Assembly (NCBI GenBank): GCA_964016885.1
Contig: OZ024740.1
Location: forward strand, 233,306,001 to 233,370,000
Length of the DNA stretch: 64,000 nt
Direction of reading: 5' to 3'
Source: Eledone cirrhosa
Lineage: Eukaryota
Numbering within the stretch: position 1 is the stretch's first letter; each line of letters opens with the position of its first letter. Positions 52,515-64,000 of the stretch are shown here, in pieces. Made by a program: the position numbers and the translations under genes. Below the pieces are notes generated by a model, which worked only from the letters and a program-made list of their open reading frames with translations, was not told the origin of the DNA and did no database searches.

Positions 52515-55195
52515 CTACTGTCCATATATTTTGAGAAAGGTCCCGGCTCTAAGGTGTCTGCATGTCCCGAAGAAGTCGGTTCTGAGGTTTATCAGGCCGC
52601 TTCCACCTCTTAGTATCTCGAGGGTCTCGTTCAGGCATAGTTTGCATATGCAAGATCCCCCTTTATCGGGTGGTACTTTCCTGATTATGTACCAGGCCAG
52701 AGAGTATGGGGTCCTGTCCAGCTTAAGCTTCCAGATCAGGTCGGAGAGAGCTGTGCTTTTCCTTTTGGCCTCCTTCTTGAATGAATGGCGATGGTTGTAC
52801 CAGCGGTCCTTAAAGCTCGTTGATGTGGCTCCTATGTAGAGGTGTTCGGAGTTGGGGGTTTTAACCCTACAACCGTACACTATGTTCTTCTTGAGACATT
52901 CATTACCAAGGGGGCATGATTCGGGGTTTCTACAGTTGCAGAGGGTGGGCGGCCTCTGCGTGCTTAGATTAGGGTTCTCATTATGTGTTACATGTTGGTC
53001 TTCCCCCATGCTCGGTGGGGGGTCCTTGGGTCTGTTTGTGTTTCTTGGGTGGGCTCTGGGTCCCCCCTTCCCTCCTTTCACATGGTTCTGCTGAGTGTTT
53101 GTATTGCCATCTTCTGGTTGTGTGTGGTTTTTAAGCCTACTTCTGTTGATGCTAGCTATGTGTTGGGCCAAATTTCTCGTGGTGGAATACGAAAGCTTCA
53201 CAGTGTGTCTGTTGAAGATCCTGTGGTATCTGTGGTCCCTCGGGAAGCATTTGTCAAGTGCTCCAAAGAACAATCGGGCCAAGCTTTTCTTTAGGGCCGC
53301 TGAGTAGGGTGGGTTGTACCACGTGATTTGTCGGTGTCTCCTCCTATATGTGTGGGTTGGGGGCTTCGTGATTTGTTGGAGATTTGTTGGTTTGCTGGTG
53401 GTTTCCGCACTGTTACTTCCCTTTTGGGCTCTATACTTTCTGTTATCTTCACGGCCCGGATTTGTGGGGTGGTTGTTGTCTGCCCCGGGAGATCCATCGT
53501 GGGGTGGTTGCCCGTTTCCCCCCCCCCCCCACGTGTCCTGCGGTTGGGGTTGTCCGTCCTGGGGTAGTTAGCATCACGCCTGAGACTGCTACTCATATTG
53601 TGCTCCATCTCGTGGTCAAGCGCACTAGTCCCCACCGCCCGTGTGGTGGTGTCTGGTACATGGTGCCTATTTGATTTTGCTCTGCCTGTATTGTTAGGGT
53701 TCGCCCTCCCCCCTCTGGTAACGCGGTTGTGGGTGTCTGTTGGGCTATCCACCTCCCGGCTTTTCGGACTATATGTTATATTTTGTCCATGTGCCGCCTT
53801 CTTTAGAGCTGCGTTGTAATATTCCGCGTGGTTGTTGAATATTTCCTTACTTGCGGACAGGCTGGAGATCCTGTCCGAGACACTCTTCACCACTGCCTTG
53901 GTTATGGATCTAGGGTGGTTTGATTTGGCGTTAACATATACTAGTTTCTCGTTGGGCTTGTGGTAGGGGTAGTATTGCTCGGTGTTCAGGTTTAGGGTGG
54001 TGTCTAGGAAGTTAACTACCTTCCTATTTGGGTCTATTTTTATGCTGAGCCCCTGGTTCTTAAAGAAATGGCGAATACGCCTCCTCATACCCTCCAACAT
54101 ATTGGTGCTGTGGTCATGTACTGTGAATAGAGCATCGTCACGATATAATCCGCCGCCCAGGCAGGGGATTTCATCTTTTATCTGCTTCAGCAGGTAGAGC
54201 CCAACCAGGTCCGTTACCTGCGCTGAGTCGCTGGAGCCCATCGTGATGTCAAAGTTATTTGGCCAATCACTCCTGGTCCACAGGTCTCCATCGAAGCGGA
54301 TTAAGGTCTTTCTTGCGGCGTGGATGATGCTCACCTCCTCTCGGGTTGGGTCCGTATTGGACATCGCTAAAAATAGGGCCTTATTAAGTACTATGGGTGA
54401 GATTGAGGAGTAGTAGCTTGCGATGTCCAGTTGTATAAAGCTGATCCTACTTTTCTCCTGCAGTATTTTGAACCATTCTATTACTTCTCTCGTGCATGAC
54501 CATTGCTGTAATTTGGTTTTTTTCCGAAGCTTGGGCAAAATCCTATCCAGTATTCTTTTACTGACGATCCCTAGGTCAGATCTGGAGGGGGCTATTAGTC
54601 TGACAGGGAGGTCGGACTCAAAGTTTGACTTGTGGTCTTTAAGGGTAATCCGCGGCTCCCTTGGTTGGTATGGGGCCATCCTGTCCTCTATGTCGATTCT
54701 GGATATAATCCTGTAAGCTGTGGCATTGATCTCATCCAGAGTAAATCCAGGTGTTTTTTTGTAGCACTTCCTCAGTTCCCTGAGGATTAGCTTATTGTAC
54801 AGTTCAGTGTTCATGTTGTAGAGGTTGTTTGTTTTGTCAGCATGGACAAGTATTCCAGTTGTCCCTTTAAGTACTGTAATCCGGTTTCTCAGGTGTCTGA
54901 GGTACTCCTGACTTCTGGTTGGGTTTCCGGAGAATTTGAGGTTGGATATGATGTTAATCATCTCGTTTTCAAACTCCTCCATTAGTCTGTTATGGGGGGG
55001 ATTCCTCCTTGATCGAAAAAGGTACTCCATGTTTTCTGTGTTTGTAGTTTTCTGCGTTCCTCTTTCGAAGTGGAACGCCTTCCATCTCATCCTACGGATG
55101 AGGGAGTCCGTACTCTTGATGAGATCACTGGTGTATTCTCGTTTATCAGGTAGGGGGATGTCCTTCAGTGACGCTAAGGTTGCCAGTTTATCCAT
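52515..55195 (-). CDS. PLE RT-GIY-YIG polyprotein (~893 aa if joined), single frameshift
   Basis: ADKT, QLDIASYYSSI, FDITMGSSDSAQVTDLVGLY, GLYRDD, VNFLD, RQITWYNPPYS, CNCRNPESCP, NIVYGC..YIGAT..FKDRWYNH, CKLCLNE; downstream frame open back to the G13 run at 53518-53530. Confidence 0.9.
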
Positions 55196-55295
55196 AGTGA
55201 CTTAGGTCCGCTACTGTTTGAAGCGCTCAACCCGTGTGGGAGCTAGATAGATTTTGAGTTCATGTTGGTGGTATACAACCAACATAAACTCAAAA

Positions 55296-55412
<117 letters not shown>

Positions 55413-55440
55413 TTATTTATTTATATATATATATATATAT

Positions 55441-56935
55441 GTCATGGGTATGACATCAAACTGCATCCAGTGTCAAAGTTCCAGTTCGGAAGTTCATGAG
55501 CTGTGGGGAATGTGCAGTTACCCCTTAATTGTTATCACTCCCAGGTCTGCTCTGGCCCGGAGCAATAGTACCTGTTAGGGCCCCATTTATGGGTTAAATA
55601 ATTACCTTACTCGAGTTGCGCCGATCAGGTATTTTCAGCCATTGGAAATAAACATGGAGACTGTATTTAACAGCACTATGGTTAGAGCCCCTAACTATAC
55701 TGTCAAGGAACAGTCTGGTCGTTATGACTCTGCTCGATTAGTGCCACAGGGAGGGCCAGTGGATGATGGATCAGCTGTCATTGAGACAAAGATAAAGAAT
55801 ACAGTTTTCTCCTGCAGAAGAGCCATTAAAATCAGAACTCTGGATGTGAGGACTGTTCGGACGCTGGAGAAGAGGGATGTCTTGGGTCATCTGTTCCAGG
55901 AGAGTGGTATACAGAAACTTGCGATCCAAGAACACAGGATCCTACAGGATGTGCCTGTGAAGATAATGATGATTGGAAAGAGGAACCAGCTCATCACCAC
56001 ATCAGCAGTAAGGCACGCACCCTATGCTGCAGTAGGAGGAATGGGCTTTGTTTTTAATACAAGAGCCAATCTATTAGTGAGGTAAATCATACTTGTCTCC
56101 CCGCGAGTGCTGAGGGTGACTTTCAGTGGAAACCCAAATCTGACTGTCATCTCAGCCTATAGTCCAGCCGAAGGGGACAGTGATATGAGTTCCATGAGGA
56201 GGTGTGTAGAGCTGTCAACACCAAGAGCACATAATATCCTGCCTGTTCTGGGTGACTTCGATGCACATCTGAGTAAAGAGAGCACTGAAGATCCTTGCTG
56301 GTAATTCCATAACAACACCAACCGAAATGGGAGACTACTGAGGGCGAACTTGATGGCAACAAACCTAAGGTTTAGGAAGAATCCGGGGAAGATGTGGACC
56401 TACATCTCTGATATGCATCTGTCCAAGTCCCAGATTGATTTCATTCTGGTAAGGAAGAAGTGGTGAAATAGTGTTCTGAACACAGAACCATACAATTATT
56501 TCAGTTCACTGGGCATTGGTCACCGGATTGTTTTGAATGAGGTCCATGTGAGCTTAAAAACGAGTAAGGCTCAGCCTTGGATAGCGATCTATGTCTGGGG
56601 AACTTTCAAAGAAGATAAGCTACAGTATAGGTATATAGTAGAAGTGAGGAACAGGTTCAGTACTCTATCTGGAGAGGCAGAGGAGAGAAAGATTGGAGGG
56701 ACTGAGGAGAGCGTGACGAGGAAGTACGGGTACTTCACAAATGCAGTAGCAGAAGGAAGTGAGGCCCTGGTGCCAAGGAGAGAGAAGAAGAGGAAGAACG
56801 TCAGCGCTGCAGCCCCAACATTCTGTGCAGCTAGAGAACACGTGAAACCTGCCAAGGACCAATTCCCTGCTGATCCTATTGATGAGAGGACGGAGAATGT
56901 GGAGGTGATGAAGTACGGTGAAATACTGGTGTAGG
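55441..56935 (+). mobile_element. Degenerate LINE 5' part with APE-type endonuclease (RTE-like)
   Basis: IRTLDVRT, LAIQEHR, GGMGF, LTVISAYSP, VLGDFDAH, SQIDFILV, VEVRNRFSTL; stops and frameshifts. Confidence 0.8.
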
Positions 56936-56989
56936 TACCAAATCAAGCACTCTATGCATAGGCAGAGTGTATAAATTAGAAAAAAACAA

Positions 56990-57058
<69 letters not shown>

Positions 57059-57274
57059 ATATACTTGGGAGGAATCGGCTGTATTTATGCCTGGAGAAGG
57101 AAGGGCTCTGCCAAGTTTGATAATAACCAAAAACCGCGTCGTATATAATGTTGGCTCACCTACAGCGTGACATGGAGTTAAGGGTGCCATCATCATCACC
57201 ATTCTATGTAAATATAGATTGTCAGAATCGTTAGAAATTCAGATGAAATACTTTGTGGTATTTATTCTTGCTCT

Positions 57275-58110
57275 TTGCCGTGGCCAACTAGCGTGATAGA
57301 TTTAATCCGTGGCCCGATTAAGCATACAACCTGGTTTTCGGTGCATTTAGTGGATTCTACTCTGTTGCAAGCTTTTGGGGCAAGTCTCCTATTCATTCAA
57401 TCTCACAAATTAGGGAAAGCTTATTTCCTACTCCCCTTCTCTTTTGTCTAACTGACAAAAAAATTAAGTTTTTTTTAAATTTGTTTTAAGCAATGAAAGT
57501 TGATCTCTTCGAAAATGGAACTTGAAATAGGTATATAGCCTCATTAGGTTTTTGTTTTGCACTCTGAGGCATTTATATTGTCTCCGTCCGTTATATTTAT
57601 AGTTGTGTAAAATTTATCATGTTGTCAGGTAAGTGCCTATATTAGGACAATGTCACAGACTGTGATAACGAAACCATGTCATCTGCAATCAAAAACTGGA
57701 CTTTAGACGATACTGTAATTATAAACAATTACAAACACATCAATTATTAATTTTTTTTCTAATGATTTATTTTTTGTTATTATTACATGGAGTGCGAGTC
57801 AGAGAAGTGGAGGTAGAAGTAAGACATGGACAACTTTTTCGAAAAGCGGGCCGCATGAGGTATGGCTCATCATCAGGCGGGCCGCAAGCACTAATTTACA
57901 TTCGTGTCCACATTGAAAAAAAGGGCGGTAACTCAGGTTATTTTGAATTGTTTCTTCAGAATTCCTACACGTTGTTTTCCTCGATCGTAAAAATGGTAGA
58001 AAAATAAATTGCGACTGAAAAGTTAGAGTAAAAATATCAGAAAGATTTCACTTAGGTGACTTAGGCGGGCCATTCAGAAAGCTTCGCGGACCGCAAGTTG
58101 CCCATGACTA
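57275..58110. mobile_element. Probable old hAT-type MITE
   Basis: Ends GCCGTGGCCAACT.. / ..AGTTGCCCATGAC with repeated GCGGGCCGCA subterminal motifs; no clear TSD. Confidence 0.45.
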
Positions 58111-58440
58111 TGAAAAGATACTCGAATTCTCGATTTTTCTTTACATTCTCCTTTATTTGACTCCAGCCATCACCCGATTTTATTTGCCATTCACTTAAGC
58201 CAGACACAATAACTTTCTTCCACATTTTCTTCAAGTATTCTCAAATGTACATCTACTGAATTATAATGACTTTGTTCTCCCTACGTATCTGGTTAAATCT
58301 CGATCTGTCTATTCCTATTTGGATTTGTGTATTGTTGGTGTTATTGTTGTCCTTGTCCGAATAATGTTACGACCGTAACTATACAAAATAGATAACTATA
58401 GATTGACATTCAAAGAAACATAATAGTCAGGCAGACAGAC

Positions 58441-58593
<153 letters not shown>

Positions 58594-58750
58594 CATATAT
58601 ATATATACATATATATATATGAAAAAATGGGGAGAAGAATACTGCAGGTTGCACATGGATAACATGTTATAAAATGAGTCCCTCATCAGTGATTTGCCAA
58701 CGATCATAGATATTTCATTGCATTAAAAATCAGTATATATATACATATAT

Positions 58751-58855
<105 letters not shown>

Positions 58856-58937
58856 CATACATATATATATGCACACACACACACATACACACACACATAC
58901 GCACACACATATATATATATGTATATATATATATATA

Positions 58938-59545
58938 CTTCGTTTTTGAATTTGTTTTGAAAAATAACTTGTTGAAAGATATATTGTTATACTTGTTATG
59001 CTAGCAATAAAAACACACACAGCTGTTCGTTTTCACATCAATTTATTTTAGATTTCCGGTTGGTTGGGTCAATAACCGGATGGTTGTTTATATATTGTCA
59101 AAGCTCTTTCGTCACACATTCTATGACCTCCTCAGTGATCGATTTATTATTATGTCTGCTTTGTTCTGTCCTTTGTGTGTTGTGTGCTTTGTAAATGATT
59201 TGCGCATGCGTTACATCCGGGTATGTGTGTTTTTATTTATTTATTTATGTGTTTATTTACTTGTCACTTGCTGGTTGTTTGTTATATCTCTGTGTGTCTG
59301 GTTTGTTATATTAGTTTCGTTCTTGTGTGTCTCTGTATATCTTCATCTTGTCCTTAATTGCTAACTGTGATGTTGCTATTCCACTCATGTTTTCTGTTTA
59401 ATTTTGGTTGGAGTTCGTTTATGTTTGCTGCTTTTGTAATCTGTCAGAGCATTGCGACTTTTCTCTGTGTGGATATAATTATTATCTCTATATTCTCTAG
59501 TATGCCCCTATGTTCCATTTTGGCATGTTGGTGGAGTACTTCTCT
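58938..59545 (-). mobile_element. Naiad-like PLE 3' fragment (GIY-YIG end and pLTR with HHR at 59097-59140)
   Basis: LHQHAKMEH..IEIIIIS..QPKLNRKHEWN; TCA CTGAGGA GGTCA-TAGAATGTG-TGAC GAAA G-AG-C TT TGAC. Confidence 0.82.
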
Positions 59546-60580
59546 ATGAATATGATTCAACCTTTGCTGAGTCATGGTCGATCGCAACCAAGTTTTGAGT
59601 CTCTGCAGATCGCTGAAAGATCTTTCAGCTTCACAAGAACTGGTTGGAAACATTAAAAGTAGCCTGAGCAATGGCTCAACATTTATAAACATGCGACGGA
59701 CTTCTGGTTGCATTTCACAGAATATTTTACGATGATCCTCGAGAGATGATCCACTATGATGATTTCTATAAAAAAGTATTTCGTTCATTAAAGAAAATTC
59801 ATCAAGCTCTGGATAGTGCATGATCACTTCAGCACAACAATTTCCATTGAGTAAAATATTGCTCAGTTTTTCATAATCTGCTAAACCCTGTGAACAAAAA
59901 TATTCTTTCAAATTTGATATTGCAGTATCCGCTACCTGCAAATACTGTACTCTGTAATGATCCAAAACAGTGCAGTGTTGATATTTTAACGCATGTCCTT
60001 CCTGGTATCTTTTAGGAACTTTTCGTTACCTGGGTTGCTCCAAAGGAGAAATATCGAGTTGATAAATCATTTTTTCTGCTGTATTGAACAGCTCCTGAAA
60101 TTTTTCTTCACTGCGTAGATATTTTAGCTCCTCCTGCACCAGTTTGACACTATGCAACATGCTACCTAGATTGAAGGTGGTACTTTGAAAAGATTTCTTC
60201 AATCCTTCAAGGAATTGAAGTAATGGAACTACAACGTGCAATCCAAGAACACATTGGCCCGCAGAGTGACACGTAAGAATAACATTAGCTCTGGGTGCAA
60301 TGTTGGTGCCAAACTCATTTGTTGCTTCTTGTAAAGAAATAGGGACAACTGAATAATTGTCAAGAAGGGCTTACAGGTGTTAAGTAGCGTGGTGACGATA
60401 CTTCATTTTCTTCATCATGTTGTGATAAATGCGCTTGCTTAAATTTCCCTGATGTACTATATAGTTTCCGCAATTCATTCACGTAACCTAGAACAGTTTT
60501 GATAAGTGAAGCTTGTTGTACGGACTTAGTTATAAAAAGTTGAGAAATATGAATACCGCAGTGCACGTAATGGGCCAAAT
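59546..60580 (-). pseudogene. hAT transposase remnant (dimerisation domain and upstream region)
   Basis: LLRLLLMFPTSSCEAERSFSDLQRLKTWLRSTMTQQRLN; YVHCGIH; several frameshifts. Confidence 0.85.
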
Positions 60581-61052
60581 CAAGTTATGTTAGAATCTTT
60601 AAAAAGATCTTTAAAAAATACCCGTACGAATTAAATACAAAAAAAGTTTCAGTCCAAATCAAAAGCAAACTATTTCAAATTATATATTTGTGAAAAATAG
60701 ACGTGAATGTTCTCAAAGACTTGATTTCAGTCGAAAAAGTTTTTTTTTAAATTCTATATTTCACTGTTAGCTGTTGTAATATTTTAATTGGATAAACAAT
60801 TCTACAATTCAAACTGTAAAGTCAAAATACAAAAGATGTAAAATATGAAGAATTTCTTACCTTTCTCTGAAATCACAAACTCAGGGGAAAATAGTACTTT
60901 GCAAAATAAAATACCTCGTAGCAAAATAAAATACTTAGCAACGAATGAATTGAGAAGCTTGGAGACAGTGAGAAAGTAGTATTTGTATCCCTTATATATA
61001 TATACATAGATAGATACACAGACACACACAAACACACATAGACGCGCACGCT

Positions 61053-61126
<74 letters not shown>

Positions 61127-61223
61127 CACACACACAAACTTGTGTGTTGGTGTGCCTTGGTTTGGGTAAAGAAAGAATTTTGTCTACAGTTTTTTATTGC
61201 CAGGTCAAACGCCAAATAACGCT

Positions 61224-62029
<806 letters not shown>

Positions 62030-62235
62030 ATATATATATATATATATATGAAGAGAGAAAGGGTGAGGGACAGAGAGAGTAAGAAATGTGTGTGTGTTTG
62101 GTACACGTCTATCTATCTACCTATCTATCTATCTATTTATCTCCAACAGGGGGCTCACACATGCGACCCGCGAACTACTTATCTGTCGCCCATGGTAGAA
62201 CCAATATTTCATATCGCATTATAACTGGTGAAAAT

Positions 62236-62449
62236 AAGGCGGCGAACTGGTGGAAATCGTTAGCACATCTGGCGAAATGCTTAACGGTACTTCTTCCGTT
62301 TTTACGTTCTGAGTTCAAATTCCGCTAATCTCAACTTTGCCTTACATCCTTTTGGGATCAATGAATTAAGTACCAGTTGTGTACTAGGATCGATGCAATC
62401 GACTGAACCCTAAGCCCCAAATTTCATGCCTTGTTCCTATAGTAGAAAT
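62236..62449 (+). mobile_element. SINE (older subfamily) with 19-bp TSD
   Basis: CATTATAACTGGTGAAAAT at 62217-62235 and 62450-62468; B-box GAGTTCAAATTCC. Confidence 0.85.
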
Positions 62450-62575
62450 CATTATAACTGGTGAAAATGTTCACCCACCACCACGTTTGGCCCACTATGC
62501 CTCTCCTCCAGGACGTAATAGCCCTTTTGTGTCCTTGAGTTTGAGACCCCTCTTCTCCACACACACACACACACG

Positions 62576-62616
<41 letters not shown>

Positions 62617-62624
62617 TTTACTTT

Positions 62625-62844
62625 TTTTCTGTCTCTGGACTACGCCCATGCTGGAGCATCACCTTGGTAAGTTATGGGGACGTCAACAAACCAACAAGCA
62701 TTGGCACACACAGACATATATACATATATACGACGGGCTTCTTTTAGTTTCGATCTATCAAATCCACTCACAGGGCTTTGGTCGGCTCGGGCAGTGGGAC
62801 TGAACTCGGAAATATGTGGTTGGGAAACAAGCTTCTTGTCACAC

Positions 62845-62848
<4 letters not shown>
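62625..62848 (-). mobile_element. Internally deleted tRNA-derived SINE, third family
   Basis: GACGGGCTTCTTT..AAATCCACTCACAGGGCTTTGGTCGG..GGGACTGAACTCGG, recalled as an octopus SINE. Confidence 0.6.
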
Positions 62849-62896
<48 letters not shown>

Positions 62897-64000
62897 ATAT
62901 TAATAAATGGAAACTATATTTATAAAACCATATTTATTTTATTTTACATATTTCAAGAGCAAACAAGGCAATTTATAGTGCGCTTTCATTAGATAAAATA
63001 CAGATTTGTTTTATAAATAAATATTGACATACCCGGAAAAAAGACAACCTTAACGGTTGGAGCTTCCTGGATAGTGGAGATAATAATTTATTGAGGGTAA
63101 TACAAAGTTATGAGTGAGTATGTTAATGAGTGTCCGAAAGGTTGAAAAGATAACGGTTTATTTAAATTAAACTTTTGGAAGAAGATGATATGTAAGAGAG
63201 AGAGAAAAAAGAAAAAAAGAAAGGAGAAAGAGAGAATAGGAAAGAAAGAACGATTAACATATTGATAGTGAAGATAGAGGGAATGAAGAAATAAGTATCA
63301 ATGGAGAAATATACACAGCGTAAATATATCTAAGTGAAAGAAGTGAAAGAAGAAATAAGATTAACGTGGAAGAATAATATTTATAATATAAGGGTTCATT
63401 ACGTTGTGATTATAATATTTATAATGATAGGTTGAAAAATTAGATTAAAATTAAAAATTAGAAATCAAAATTAAAGATTAAAATTTGCCCTAATATTAAA
63501 GATTTAATTTAATAATTTAATATTAATATTAAAAATTAATAATTAAAAATTAAAAAGTAAAAATTTAAATTTAAAAATTAAAATTAAAACAGAAGTATTT
63601 ATATTATATTAAGATGTATTAGTAATAATATATTGGTTTACATGTGTATGTTAAGGATTATAAATTATTTAAATAAATATATAATATTTTACATTAGAGA
63701 AAATCTAGTATAGTTTATTTTATTAAAGTAAGTTTGGCAAAATTATATTTATTAGTAGTTGTAAGTCAAAATTTAAACATCCAAATAATTCTAAATTTAT
63801 GAAAAATTTACGAGAGTTTACAAAGGAATAACTACTTAATTATATTATAAAAACAGTAAGGAAGTGTAAAGGAAATTAGAAGTGATTTTGTAAGATCTCA
63901 AATGACTCCAAGGATTAAATGTTATAAAGTTAAAAAATGTTATCCTAAGAATATAATTAAAATATATCACTTTTAAAAATATTTAAGCTTGTTGAATCCC

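Noticed and set aside
53512-53530. G GGA AAC slippery heptamer as a programmed -1 frameshift
   Set aside because: Wrong register relative to the upstream frame; a homopolymer indel in G13 is simpler
59444-59965. Apparent hAT/GIY-YIG fusion ORF
   Set aside because: Chance in-frame junction of two decayed elements, with a stop inside the GIY-YIG part

Overview
Gene-poor, AT-rich, microsatellite-saturated animal DNA. The SINE families resemble those of octopod cephalopods; this is inferred from recalled consensus, not from a search. No recognisable host protein-coding gene is present, and most listed ORFs are microsatellite translations or antisense shadows of TE ORFs. The window is dominated by retroelements: one near-intact Penelope-like element (PLE; RT + GIY-YIG, one frameshift at a G13 run, Hydra-clade-like motifs), fragments of a Naiad-like PLE family, R4/Dong, Tx1/L1, RTE and CRE fragments, many tRNA-derived SINEs, hAT MITEs and a hAT transposase remnant. 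The main unexplained signal is a dozen or more short non-coding fold-back (palindromic) elements embedded in (TA)n tracts. They come from several unrelated families, and most carry a minimal type I hammerhead ribozyme (HHR) motif (about 20 motifs read by eye). These motifs include a recurrent compensatory U3:A8 core variant and one HHR with a ~114-nt stem II region. One fold-back junction coincides with a predicted cleavage site. All structures were read by eye and boundaries are approximate unless a TSD or symmetry axis is quoted.
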